From assembly GCF_054482595.1 (NCBI RefSeq), contig NZ_CM137008.1: DNA of 64,000 bases; one strand, 5' to 3'. Position numbers and translations under genes: made by a program. How positions within the stretch are numbered: the first letter of the stretch is position 1; each line of letters starts with the position of its first letter. Under the pieces are notes generated by a model. The model was given only the letters and a program-made list of their open reading frames with translations. It did not search any database and was not told where the DNA came from. Below, piece by piece: positions 55,511 through 64,000 of the stretch.

Positions 55511-55975
55511 ATGAAAAAGACCCTTCGATTTTTATTTGGACAACGTGTTAAGGCTCTACGTATAGCCGCCGGAATGAGCCAGGAAGCGTTTGCTGATCGG
55601 TGTGGATTTGCGCGTAGCTATATGAGCCGCATTGAACGTGGTTGCTCTAACGCGTCTCTTGATGCGATTGAGGTATTGGCTGAAGCTTTAAGTGTTGAGC
55701 CTTGGCAATTGTTAGCGTCCGATTCTTCCGAAGATAGCGCCCCGGAATTGTTGGTTCCATACGCGGCCGATGGCTCGTGCTTTCATCCCGGACTAGCGAG
55801 CACGCGCGATGGTTCGTTTGGTGTAGGTGATAAAGCCGCTCAGAAGCGTTTTGGCTCGTTTTTAGAAGCATTAGAGTATCTACGTAACATGAAGACAGCA
55901 AAATGGCGCAGACCCAATTCTAGCGGCAACTGGGGTATCGTATCAGCGGTTCGTTGGGACAAGCTGAGAAAGTAG
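55511..55975 (+). CDS. HTH (XRE-family) transcriptional regulator with C-terminal domain of unknown function
   Basis: Supplied ORF 55448-55975; start at 55511 (AGGAGG + ATG); N-terminal LRIAAGMSQEAFADRCGFARSYMSRIERG helix-turn-helix; about 80-aa uncharacterised C-terminal extension. Confidence 0.75.
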   Translation: MKKTLRFLFGQRVKALRIAAGMSQEAFADRCGFARSYMSRIERGCSNASLDAIEVLAEALSVEPWQLLASDSSEDSAPELLVPYAADGSCFHPGLASTRDGSFGVGDKAAQKRFGSFLEALEYLRNMKTAKWRRPNSSGNWGIVSAVRWDKLRK

Positions 55976-56150
55976 CTCAGGTGTAAGTTTCAGATTTTAA
56001 ATTACTGAATAAATAAACAGCTACCACATGAGGTGAATGGCCGCACGTTTTATCTGGCACTGATAACTATCAGCATTCCTAAAACACCAAAATACGGGTG
56101 CGTTACGTAGGCGTTACAGTGGCGTTTCACTTCAGCAATGGAGAGTGCTT

Positions 56151-57023
56151 TTGAAAAATAATCATTTGATATCATATGGTTTCCTAACCTCGCTGAGTGA
56201 TATTGAATTACTGTCGCTTCACTCCGAAATTTTAACGCAGTTGCGTTTTAGAGGTGTCATTCGCACCAAGAATAATCCTGTTGGTGACTATGCTGAATGG
56301 CTGGTTTCTAATGCACTGGGTATGACTCTTCTCAGTAATTCGTCGGCGGGTGCTGATGCCATTGATGCTGATGGCCTGAAAGTGCAGATCAAAGCTAGGA
56401 GAGTTACGCCGGATAATCCTTCCCGGCAGCTTAGTGCCTTGCGTAACTATGAGGCAGCCGAATTTGATTATTTAATCGCGGTTATTTTCGATGAGACTTA
56501 CAACATTCTTGATGCTTACAAAATCCCACATGAAGTAATACGAGATTATGCACGGCATAGTGACCACGTTAACGCACATATCGTTAACCTCAAGGGCGCG
56601 ATTCTTACTGATCCCCGAGTTAGTTCCATCAAAGAAGACTTGATTGTCAGGAGTTCGGCTTCAGTCAATGAAGCGGCTATGCAAACCCTTCCACCCGAAC
56701 CTATGGAAGAGGTTTTGAATCAACCAGAGAAGATAACGAGTAGTGTTACCTTGGTCAGCCTCCTTAAGGCTATCGGGATGGAGTGCTTTGTAAACTACTA
56801 CCATCATTTTGCCGATTCAAATTTATCAAGCGCTGATATCATTGAGCAAATGCACTCACGTGAGGGTTACACAGAGAAAAGTTGCCGGGGCCGTCTCAGT
56901 AAAGCGCGAAAAGTGATCAGGGATGGTTTAAGTATTGAGGCTTTGACGTTGATCGCTGACTCTGGGCGAATACAAGATTCTGTCAGAAGTGACGCGCTAA
57001 AACTTATCAGCGTTCTGGAGTGA
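56151..57023 (+). CDS. Hypothetical protein with Mrr-like (PD-(D/E)xK) nuclease motif
   Basis: Supplied ORF 56145-57023 (GTG); TTG at 56151 has GGAGAG SD; residues about 47-87 GDYAEWLVSNALGMTLLSNSSAGADAIDADGLKVQIKARRV fit the Mrr-cat pattern (Asp cluster then Q-x-K); C-terminal about 150 aa unassigned. Confidence 0.6.
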   Translation: MKNNHLISYGFLTSLSDIELLSLHSEILTQLRFRGVIRTKNNPVGDYAEWLVSNALGMTLLSNSSAGADAIDADGLKVQIKARRVTPDNPSRQLSALRNYEAAEFDYLIAVIFDETYNILDAYKIPHEVIRDYARHSDHVNAHIVNLKGAILTDPRVSSIKEDLIVRSSASVNEAAMQTLPPEPMEEVLNQPEKITSSVTLVSLLKAIGMECFVNYYHHFADSNLSSADIIEQMHSREGYTEKSCRGRLSKARKVIRDGLSIEALTLIADSGRIQDSVRSDALKLISVLE

Positions 57024-57076
57024 AGCGGTTTGCAAAACGTTGTAGTTCCTCCTACAAAACCCTCCTACAATGCACC

Positions 57077-57539
57077 GGTAATGACTCCAACTTATTGATA
57101 GTGTTTTATGTTCAGATAATGCCCGATGACTTTGTCATGCAGCTCCACCGATTTTGAGAACGACAGCGACTTCCGTCCCAGCCGTGCCAGGTGCTGCCTC
57201 AGATTCAGGTTATGCCGCTCAATTCGCTGCGTATATCGCTTGCTGATTACGTGCAGCTTTCCCTTCAGGCGGGATTCATACAGCGGCCAGCCATCCGTCA
57301 TCCATATCACCACGTCAAAGGGTGACAGCAGGCTCATAAGACGCCCCAGCGTCGCCATAGTGCGTTCACCGAATACGTGCGCAACAACCGTCTTCCGGAG
57401 CCTGTCATACGCGTAAAACAGCCAGCGCTGGCGCGATTTAGCCCCGACGTATCCCCACTGTTCGTCCATTTCCGCGCAGACGATGACGTCACTGCCCGGC
57501 TGTATGCGCGAGGTTACCGACTGCGGCCTGAGTTTTTTA
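57077..57539 (-). mobile_element. IS1 remnant (about 463 bp, truncated by IS26)
   Basis: Begins with IS1 terminal repeat GGTAATGACTCCAACTTATTGATAGTG; encodes the C-terminal part of InsB (supplied ORF 57092-57586); IS1 sequence stops at the IS26 end. Confidence 0.9.
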
Positions 57540-58359
57540 GGCACTGTTGCAAAGTTAGCGATGAGGCAGCCTTTTGTCTTATTCAAAGGCCTTACATTTC
57601 AAAAACTCTGCTTACCAGGCGCATTTCGCCCAGGGGATCACCATAATAAAATGCTGAGGCCTGGCCTTTGCGTAGTGCACGCATCACCTCAATACCTTTG
57701 ATGGTGGCGTAAGCCGTCTTCATGGATTTAAATCCCAGCGTGGCGCCGATTATCCGTTTCAGTTTGCCATGATCGCATTCAATCACGTTGTTCCGGTACT
57801 TAATCTGTCGGTGTTCAACGTCAGACGGGCACCGGCCTTCGCGTTTGAGCAGAGCAAGCGCGCGACCATAGGCGGGCGCTTTATCCGTGTTGATGAATCG
57901 CGGGATCTGCCACTTCTTCACGTTGTTGAGGATTTTACCCAGAAACCGGTATGCAGCTTTGCTGTTACGACGGGAGGAGAGATAAAAATCGACAGTGCGG
58001 CCCCGGCTGTCGACGGCCCGGTACAGATACGCCCAGCGGCCATTGACCTTCACGTAGGTTTCATCCATGTGCCACGGGCAAAGATCGGAAGGGTTACGCC
58101 AGTACCAGCGCAGCCGTTTTTCCATTTCAGGCGCATAACGCTGAACCCAGCGGTAAATCGTGGAGTGATCGACATTCACTCCGCGTTCAGCCAGCATCTC
58201 CTGCAGCTCACGGTAACTGATGCCGTATTTGCAGTACCAGCGTACGGCCCACAGAATGATGTCACGCTGAAAATGCCGGCCTTTGAATGGGTTCATGTGC
58301 AGCTCCATCAGCAAAAGGGGATGATAAGTTTATCACCACCGACTATTTGCAACAGTGCC
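57540..58359 (-). mobile_element. IS26 (IS6 family), copy 1
   Basis: 820 bp bounded by GGCACTGTTGCAAA terminal inverted repeats (57540 and 58346-58359); carries tnp26. Confidence 0.95.
57592..58296 (-). CDS. tnpA: IS26 transposase Tnp26
   Basis: Supplied ORF 57592-58314; start [31 protein letters not shown] (234 aa). Confidence 0.95.
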   Translation of the reverse strand: MNPFKGRHFQRDIILWAVRWYCKYGISYRELQEMLAERGVNVDHSTIYRWVQRYAPEMEKRLRWYWRNPSDLCPWHMDETYVKVNGRWAYLYRAVDSRGRTVDFYLSSRRNSKAAYRFLGKILNNVKKWQIPRFINTDKAPAYGRALALLKREGRCPSDVEHRQIKYRNNVIECDHGKLKRIIGATLGFKSMKTAYATIKGIEVMRALRKGQASAFYYGDPLGEMRLVSRVFEM

Positions 58360-58461
58360 TCCTTTTTGATAATCTCATGACCAAAATCCCTTAACGTGAG
58401 TTTTCGTTCCACTGAGCGTCAGACCCCGTATAGTGTTTTGCAGTTTAGAGGAGATATCGCG

Positions 58462-59322
58462 ATGCATACGCGGAAGGCAATAACGGAGGCGCTTCAAAAA
58501 CTCGGAGTCCAAACCGGTGACCTCTTGATGGTGCATGCCTCACTTAAAGCGATTGGTCCGGTCGAAGGAGGAGCGGAGACGGTCGTTGCCGCGTTACGCT
58601 CCGCGGTTGGGCCGACTGGCACTGTGATGGGATACGCGTCGTGGGACCGATCACCCTACGAGGAGACTCTGAATGGCGCTCGGCTGGATGACGAAGCCCG
58701 CCGTACCTGGCTGCCGTTCGATCCCGCAACAGCCGGGACTTACCGTGGGTTCGGCCTGCTGAATCAATTTCTGGTTCAAGCCCCCGGCGCGCGGCGCAGC
58801 GCGCACCCCGATGCATCGATGGTCGCGGTTGGTCCGCTGGCTGAAACGCTGACGGAGCCTCACGAACTCGGTCACGCCTTGGGGGAAGGATCGCCCGTCG
58901 AGCGGTTCGTTCGCCTTGGCGGGAAGGCCCTGCTGTTGGGTGCGCCGCTAAACTCCGTTACCGCATTGCACTACGCCGAGGCGGTTGCCGATATCCCCAA
59001 CAAACGGTGGGTGACGTATGAGATGCCGATGCTTGGAAGAGACGGTGAAGTCGCCTGGAAAACGGCATCGGATTACGATTCAAACGGCATTCTCGATTGC
59101 TTTGCTATCGAAGGAAAGCCGGATGCGGTTGAAACTATAGCAAATGCTTACGTGAAGCTCGGTCGCCATCGAGAAGGTGTCGTGGGCTTTGCTCAGTGCT
59201 ACCTGTTCGACGCGCAGGACATCGTGACGTTCGGCGTCACCTATCTTGAGAAGCATTTCGGAACCACTCCGATCGTGCCTCCGCACGAGGCCGTCGAGCG
59301 CTCTTGCGAGCCTTCAGGTTAG
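58462..59322 (+). CDS. aac(3)-II: Aminoglycoside N(3)-acetyltransferase, AAC(3)-II type (gentamicin/tobramycin resistance)
   Basis: Supplied ORF 58396-59322; from MHTRKAITEALQKLGVQTGDLLMVHASLKAIGPVEGG matches remembered AAC(3)-IIa/IId (286 aa); sub-variant not resolvable by eye. Confidence 0.9.
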   Translation: MHTRKAITEALQKLGVQTGDLLMVHASLKAIGPVEGGAETVVAALRSAVGPTGTVMGYASWDRSPYEETLNGARLDDEARRTWLPFDPATAGTYRGFGLLNQFLVQAPGARRSAHPDASMVAVGPLAETLTEPHELGHALGEGSPVERFVRLGGKALLLGAPLNSVTALHYAEAVADIPNKRWVTYEMPMLGRDGEVAWKTASDYDSNGILDCFAIEGKPDAVETIANAYVKLGRHREGVVGFAQCYLFDAQDIVTFGVTYLEKHFGTTPIVPPHEAVERSCEPSG

Positions 59323-59334
59323 AGGCCGTCGACA

Positions 59335-59547
59335 ATGATAATCTGGATCAACGGACCTTTCGGCGCCGGAAAGACGACGCTCGCTAAGCGGCTGCGCGAT
59401 CGGCGTTCCAAATCGCTGATCTTTGACCCCGAGGAAATCGGGTTCGTGGTGAAAGAAACGGTCCCCATGCCAGCGAGCGGAGACTATCAGGATCTCCCCT
59501 TGTGGAGGGGACTTACGATCGCGGCGGTCAGGGAGATTCGAAGGAAT
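59335..59547 (+). pseudogene. tmrB: Truncated tunicamycin-resistance gene tmrB (5' part only, cut by IS26)
   Basis: MIIWINGPFGAGKTTLAKRL P-loop N-terminus; reading frame runs into the IS26 terminal repeat at 59548. Confidence 0.8.
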
Positions 59548-60367
59548 GGCACTGTTGCAAATAGTCGGTGGTGATAAACTTATCATCCCCTTTTGCTGAT
59601 GGAGCTGCACATGAACCCATTCAAAGGCCGGCATTTTCAGCGTGACATCATTCTGTGGGCCGTACGCTGGTACTGCAAATACGGCATCAGTTACCGTGAG
59701 CTGCAGGAGATGCTGGCTGAACGCGGAGTGAATGTCGATCACTCCACGATTTACCGCTGGGTTCAGCGTTATGCGCCTGAAATGGAAAAACGGCTGCGCT
59801 GGTACTGGCGTAACCCTTCCGATCTTTGCCCGTGGCACATGGATGAAACCTACGTGAAGGTCAATGGCCGCTGGGCGTATCTGTACCGGGCCGTCGACAG
59901 CCGGGGCCGCACTGTCGATTTTTATCTCTCCTCCCGTCGTAACAGCAAAGCTGCATACCGGTTTCTGGGTAAAATCCTCAACAACGTGAAGAAGTGGCAG
60001 ATCCCGCGATTCATCAACACGGATAAAGCGCCCGCCTATGGTCGCGCGCTTGCTCTGCTCAAACGCGAAGGCCGGTGCCCGTCTGACGTTGAACACCGAC
60101 AGATTAAGTACCGGAACAACGTGATTGAATGCGATCATGGCAAACTGAAACGGATAATCGGCGCCACGCTGGGATTTAAATCCATGAAGACGGCTTACGC
60201 CACCATCAAAGGTATTGAGGTGATGCGTGCACTACGCAAAGGCCAGGCCTCAGCATTTTATTATGGTGATCCCCTGGGCGAAATGCGCCTGGTAAGCAGA
60301 GTTTTTGAAATGTAAGGCCTTTGAATAAGACAAAAGGCTGCCTCATCGCTAACTTTGCAACAGTGCC
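59548..60367 (+). mobile_element. IS26 (IS6 family), copy 2, inverted relative to copy 1
   Basis: 820 bp bounded by GGCACTGTTGCAAA repeats (59548 and 60354-60367); transposase protein identical to copy 1. Confidence 0.95.
59611..60315 (+). CDS. tnpA: IS26 transposase Tnp26
   Basis: Supplied ORF 59593-60315, same protein as 57592-58296 on the opposite strand. Confidence 0.95.
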   Translation: MNPFKGRHFQRDIILWAVRWYCKYGISYRELQEMLAERGVNVDHSTIYRWVQRYAPEMEKRLRWYWRNPSDLCPWHMDETYVKVNGRWAYLYRAVDSRGRTVDFYLSSRRNSKAAYRFLGKILNNVKKWQIPRFINTDKAPAYGRALALLKREGRCPSDVEHRQIKYRNNVIECDHGKLKRIIGATLGFKSMKTAYATIKGIEVMRALRKGQASAFYYGDPLGEMRLVSRVFEM

Positions 60368-60436
60368 GGATTGAATATAACCGACGTGACTGTTACATTT
60401 AGGTGGCTAAACCCGTCAAGCCCTCAGGAGTGAATC

Positions 60437-61342
60437 ATGACCGTAGTCACGACCGCCGATACCTCCCAACTGTACGCACTTGCAGCCCGACATGGGCTCA
60501 AGCTCCATGGCCCGCTGACTGTCAATGAGCTTGGGCTCGACTATAGGATCGTGATCGCCACCGTCGACGATGGACGTCGGTGGGTGCTGCGCATCCCGCG
60601 CCGAGCCGAGGTAAGCGCGAAGGTCGAACCAGAGGCGCGGGTGCTGGCAATGCTCAAGAATCGCCTGCCGTTCGCGGTGCCGGACTGGCGCGTGGCCAAC
60701 GCCGAGCTCGTTGCCTATCCCATGCTCGAAGACTCGACTGCGATGGTCATCCAGCCTGGTTCGTCCACGCCCGACTGGGTCGTGCCGCAGGACTCGGAGG
60801 TCTTCGCGGAGAGCTTCGCGACCGCGCTCGCCGCCCTGCATGCCGTCCCCATTTCCGCCGCCGTGGATGCGGGGATGCTCATCCGTACACCGACGCAGGC
60901 CCGTCAGAAGGTGGCCGACGACGTTGACCGCGTCCGACGCGAGTTCGTGGTGAACGACAAGCGCCTCCACCGGTGGCAGCGCTGGCTCGACGACGATTCG
61001 TCGTGGCCAGATTTCTCCGTGGTGGTGCATGGCGATCTCTACGTGGGCCATGTGCTCATCGACAACACGGAGCGCGTCAGCGGGATGATCGACTGGAGCG
61101 AGGCCCGCGTTGATGACCCTGCCATCGACATGGCCGCGCACCTTATGGTCTTTGGTGAAGAGGGGCTCGCGAAGCTCCTCCTCACGTATGAAGCGGCCGG
61201 TGGCCGGGTGTGGCCGCGGCTCGCCCACCACATCGCGGAGCGCCTTGCGTTCGGGGCGGTCACCTACGCACTCTTCGCCCTCGACTCGGGTAACGAAGAG
61301 TACCTCGCTGCGGCGAAGGCGCAGCTCGCCGCAGCGGAATGA
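60437..61342 (+). CDS. mph(A): Macrolide 2'-phosphotransferase Mph(A)
   Basis: 301-aa ORF MTVVTTADTSQLYALAARHGLKLHGPLTVNELGLDYRIV matches remembered Mph(A); high-GC segment. Confidence 0.93.
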   Translation: MTVVTTADTSQLYALAARHGLKLHGPLTVNELGLDYRIVIATVDDGRRWVLRIPRRAEVSAKVEPEARVLAMLKNRLPFAVPDWRVANAELVAYPMLEDSTAMVIQPGSSTPDWVVPQDSEVFAESFATALAALHAVPISAAVDAGMLIRTPTQARQKVADDVDRVRREFVVNDKRLHRWQRWLDDDSSWPDFSVVVHGDLYVGHVLIDNTERVSGMIDWSEARVDDPAIDMAAHLMVFGEEGLAKLLLTYEAAGGRVWPRLAHHIAERLAFGAVTYALFALDSGNEEYLAAAKAQLAAAE

Positions 61343-62577
61343 GCGAACGTCGATATAGCCCGCTCGCGACGCTGTTCGCGGCGACCTTTCTCTTCCGGAT
61401 CGGCAACGCGGTGGCGGCCCTCGCGCTTCCATGGTTCGTCCTGTCTCATACAAAGAGCGCGGCCTGGGCGGGCGCCACGGCCGCTAGCAGCGTCATCGCG
61501 ACCATCATCGGCGCGTGGGTTGGTGGTGGCCTCGTCGATCGGTTCGGGCGCGCGCCCGTCGCATTGATCTCGGGTGTGGTGGGCGGCGTGGCCATGGCGA
61601 GCATCCCACTGCTCGATGCCGTTGGCGCCCTCTCGAACACTGGGCTGATCGCTTGCGTGGTGCTCGGTGCCGCGTTCGACGCACCCGGTATGGCCGCGCA
61701 GGACAGTGAGCTGCCCAAACTCGGCCACGTCGCCGGGCTCTCCGTTGAGCGCGTCTCGTCACTGAAAGCGGTGATCGGGAACGTCGCGATTCTAGGTGGC
61801 CCGGCCCTTGGGGGGGCCGCAATCGGCCTGCTTGGCGCTGCGCCAACGCTCGGGCTGACGGCGTTCTGCTCCGTCCTTGCAGGTCTGCTCGGCGCGTGGG
61901 TGCTTCCCGCGCGTGCCGCTCGGACGATGACCACGACGGCGACTCTCTCCATGCGCGCCGGCGTCGCTTTTCTCTGGAGCGAACCCCTGCTGCGCCCTCT
62001 CTTTGGTATAGTGATGATCTTCGTGGGCATCGTTGGCGCCAACGGCAGCGTCATCATGCCTGCGCTGTTTGTAGATGCAGGACGCCAAGTAGCAGAGCTC
62101 GGGCTGTTCTCCTCAATGATGGGGGCTGGTGGTCTCCTTGGCATTGCCATTCATGCGTCGGTCGGCGCCCGGATATCAGCGCAGAACTGGCTGGCGGTGG
62201 CATTTTGTGGCTCTGCGGTGGGCTCGCTTCTGCTTTCACAGTTGCCAGGCGTGCCGGTGCTGATGTTGTTGGGCGCGCTCGTGGGACTGCTGACCGGCTC
62301 AGTCTCTCCCATTCTCAACGCTGCCATCTACAACCGCACGCCGCCAGAACTTCTCGGCCGGGTACTCGGCACGGTCTCGGCGGTGATGCTGTCAGCCTCG
62401 CCCATGGTTATGCTTGCGGCCGGCGCGTTTGTCGACCTTGCTGGTCCGCTCCCTGGCCTCGTTGTATCGGCCGTGTTTGCGGGGCTCGTGGCTCTACTCT
62501 CGCTCCGTCTTCAATTTGCTACAATGGCGGCGGCAGCCACAGCCTCCGCCCCAACCCATACAGAAGGTGAACACTGA
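61339..62577 (+). CDS. mrx(A): MFS-type hydrophobic protein Mrx(A)
   Basis: 412-aa polytopic membrane ORF overlapping the mph(A) stop by 4 nt, as in the mph(A) operon. Confidence 0.88.
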   Translation: MSERRYSPLATLFAATFLFRIGNAVAALALPWFVLSHTKSAAWAGATAASSVIATIIGAWVGGGLVDRFGRAPVALISGVVGGVAMASIPLLDAVGALSNTGLIACVVLGAAFDAPGMAAQDSELPKLGHVAGLSVERVSSLKAVIGNVAILGGPALGGAAIGLLGAAPTLGLTAFCSVLAGLLGAWVLPARAARTMTTTATLSMRAGVAFLWSEPLLRPLFGIVMIFVGIVGANGSVIMPALFVDAGRQVAELGLFSSMMGAGGLLGIAIHASVGARISAQNWLAVAFCGSAVGSLLLSQLPGVPVLMLLGALVGLLTGSVSPILNAAIYNRTPPELLGRVLGTVSAVMLSASPMVMLAAGAFVDLAGPLPGLVVSAVFAGLVALLSLRLQFATMAAAATASAPTHTEGEH

Positions 62578-63161
62578 TGCCCCGCCCCAAGCTCAAGTCC
62601 GATGACGAGGTACTCGAGGCCGCCACCGTAGTGCTGAAGCGTTGCGGTCCCATAGAGTTCACGCTCAGCGGAGTAGCAAAGGAGGTGGGGCTCTCCCGCG
62701 CAGCGTTAATCCAGCGCTTCACCAACCGCGATACGCTGCTGGTGAGGATGATGGAGCGCGGCGTCGAGCAGGTGCGGCATTACCTGAATGCGATACCGAT
62801 AGGCGCAGGGCCGCAAGGGCTCTGGGAATTTTTGCAGGTGCTCGTTCGGAGCATGAACACTCGCAACGACTTCTCGGTGAACTATCTCATCTCCTGGTAC
62901 GAGCTCCAGGTGCCGGAGCTACGCACGCTTGCGATCCAGCGGAACCGCGCGGTGGTGGAGGGGATCCGCAAGCGACTGCCCCCAGGTGCTCCTGCGGCAG
63001 CTGAGTTGCTCCTGCACTCGGTCATCGCTGGCGCGACGATGCAGTGGGCCGTCGATCCGGATGGTGAGCTAGCTGATCATGTGCTGGCTCAGATCGCTGC
63101 CATCCTGTGTTTAATGTTTCCCGAACACGACGATTTCCAACTCCTCCAGGCACATGCGTAA
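62577..63161 (+). CDS. mphR(A): TetR-family repressor MphR(A)
   Basis: 194-aa ORF with N-terminal TetR HTH (FTLSGVAKEVGLSRAALIQRFTNRDTLL); start overlaps the mrx stop. Confidence 0.9.
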   Translation: MPRPKLKSDDEVLEAATVVLKRCGPIEFTLSGVAKEVGLSRAALIQRFTNRDTLLVRMMERGVEQVRHYLNAIPIGAGPQGLWEFLQVLVRSMNTRNDFSVNYLISWYELQVPELRTLAIQRNRAVVEGIRKRLPPGAPAAAELLLHSVIAGATMQWAVDPDGELADHVLAQIAAILCLMFPEHDDFQLLQAHA

Positions 63162-63599
63162 ACGGAGGTGTGCAGAGTCCCTGCGGCAGGCGACGAACAC
63201 GACCGTCGTCGATTAGTACCGGTACGGTCGGTGGTATCGAAGTCTTGATCACCACTCAGGTCTACGGCTTACAAATGGTGACCATCCCGATACTTGCGTC
63301 AGAGCACCGGGCCGATTCTTTGACAGTGAATCACTCCCGTAAGGTTGTGCCGGTGTGGGTGTCCCGGGTCGAGACGATACTCCGCCAATGCGCCCAGCAA
63401 ACAACCTGGCCATCGCAGGTGGTGGGGAGCGGTGTGGCGGATGAGTTGGACAAGTTGGTGTAGCAGCACGAGCACGGCGAGATAACATCGCAGGAGTTCG
63501 ACATGCTCAAGAGACAGCTGATTGCGAATCGCGATGCAGATTCATAACCCGATTGCGGGTTGGCTTCACTCCACCATCACCGAGCAGACTAGCACGGCG

Positions 63600-64000
63600 G
63601 GCTCTGTTGCAAAGATTGGCGGCAGTCAGAGGTAGGCTGTCGCTCTGCGCCGATCAGGCGGCTGCTGCGAAATGGTGGTTGAGCATGCCCATGGCCTCCG
63701 TCAGCGCCGAGGGCCCAATGCCAAAAGCTCTCTCCACAAGGCGCACCTCGCCCCTGATGCCGGGCTGCAGGCACCAGGGGCGAGCCTGTCCTTTGCGCAG
63801 GGCTCGCATGACTTCGAATCCCTTGATCGTGGCATAGGCCGTGGGGATCGATTTGAAACCGCGCACCGGCTTGATCAGTATCTTGAGCTTTCCGTGATCG
63901 GCCTCGATCACGTTATTGAGATACTTCACCTGCCGGTGGGCCGTCTCCCGGTCCAGCTTTCCTTCGCGCTTCAATTCGGTGATCGCTGCACCATAGCTCG
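63600..64000 (-). mobile_element. IS6100 (IS6 family), partial; continues beyond window end
   Basis: Terminal repeat GGCTCTGTTGCAAAGATTGGCGGCAGTCAGAGG at 63600; minus-strand transposase ORF with stop at 63654 and still open at 64000 (IS6-family transposase C-terminus). Confidence 0.85.

Noticed and set aside
57092-57586. 164-aa ORF resembling InsB
   Set aside because: Not an intact gene: it is the 3' part of IS1 insB fused in frame to IS26 terminal sequence (novel N-terminus [16 protein letters not shown]); annotated as an IS1 remnant instead.
59314-60138. 274-aa minus-strand ORF spanning tmrB and IS26 copy 2, and its twin 57769-58380 on plus within IS26 copy 1
   Set aside because: Antisense to the IS26 transposase gene and identical in both copies; a known non-coding open frame of IS26.
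60416-61453. 345-aa minus-strand ORF across mph(A) and further overlapping ORFs in 61446-62605
   Set aside because: High-GC DNA yields long stop-free antisense frames; they overlap the well-characterised mph(A)-mrx-mphR(A) genes and have Arg/Pro/Ala-rich low-complexity translations.
63107-63463. 118-aa ORF between mphR(A) and IS6100
   Set aside because: No RBS or recognisable domain; this spacer is normally non-coding or carries a short remnant ORF in mph(A) units; insufficient support.
46256-64000. Direct repeat of the glyU 3' end (attR) marking the far end of the island
   Set aside because: I could not find a second copy of the tRNA 3' segment (ttcgattcccttcgcccgctcca) by eye within the window; the boundary is probably beyond 64000, so no att site is annotated.

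Overview
Enterobacterial (Escherichia coli-like) chromosome in two parts. Positions 1-46255 are conserved core genome, reverse-oriented relative to the K-12 map: gcvP 3' end, bglA, yqfB, yqfA, ygfZ, sdhE/ygfX, fldB, xerD-dsbC-recJ, prfB (with its programmed +1 frameshift)-lysS, idi, then the purine-catabolism / molybdo-enzyme cluster (uacT, ygfT, ygfS, ghxQ, guaD, xanQ, xdhD, ygfM, ssnA, ygfK, mocA, yqeC, yqeB, yqeA, hyuA, ygeY, ygeX, ygeW, ygeV, xdhCBA), ygeR and tRNA-Gly(CCC) glyU. From 46345 to the window end is an accessory island inserted next to glyU: a long tyrosine integrase, an AlpA-like small ORF, a YfjJ-like protein, a serine recombinase, an AT-rich 591-aa candidate abortive-infection protein, an intact IS2, a secreted protein of unknown function, an HTH regulator followed by a protein with an Mrr-like nuclease motif, and a resistance region (IS1 remnant, IS26-aac(3)-II-truncated tmrB-IS26, mph(A)-mrx-mphR(A), IS6100). 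The best candidates for an undescribed system are the HTH + Mrr-like module (55511-57023) and the 591-aa ORF (51128-52903). All protein calls rest on reading the supplied translations against remembered protein families; no database search was run.
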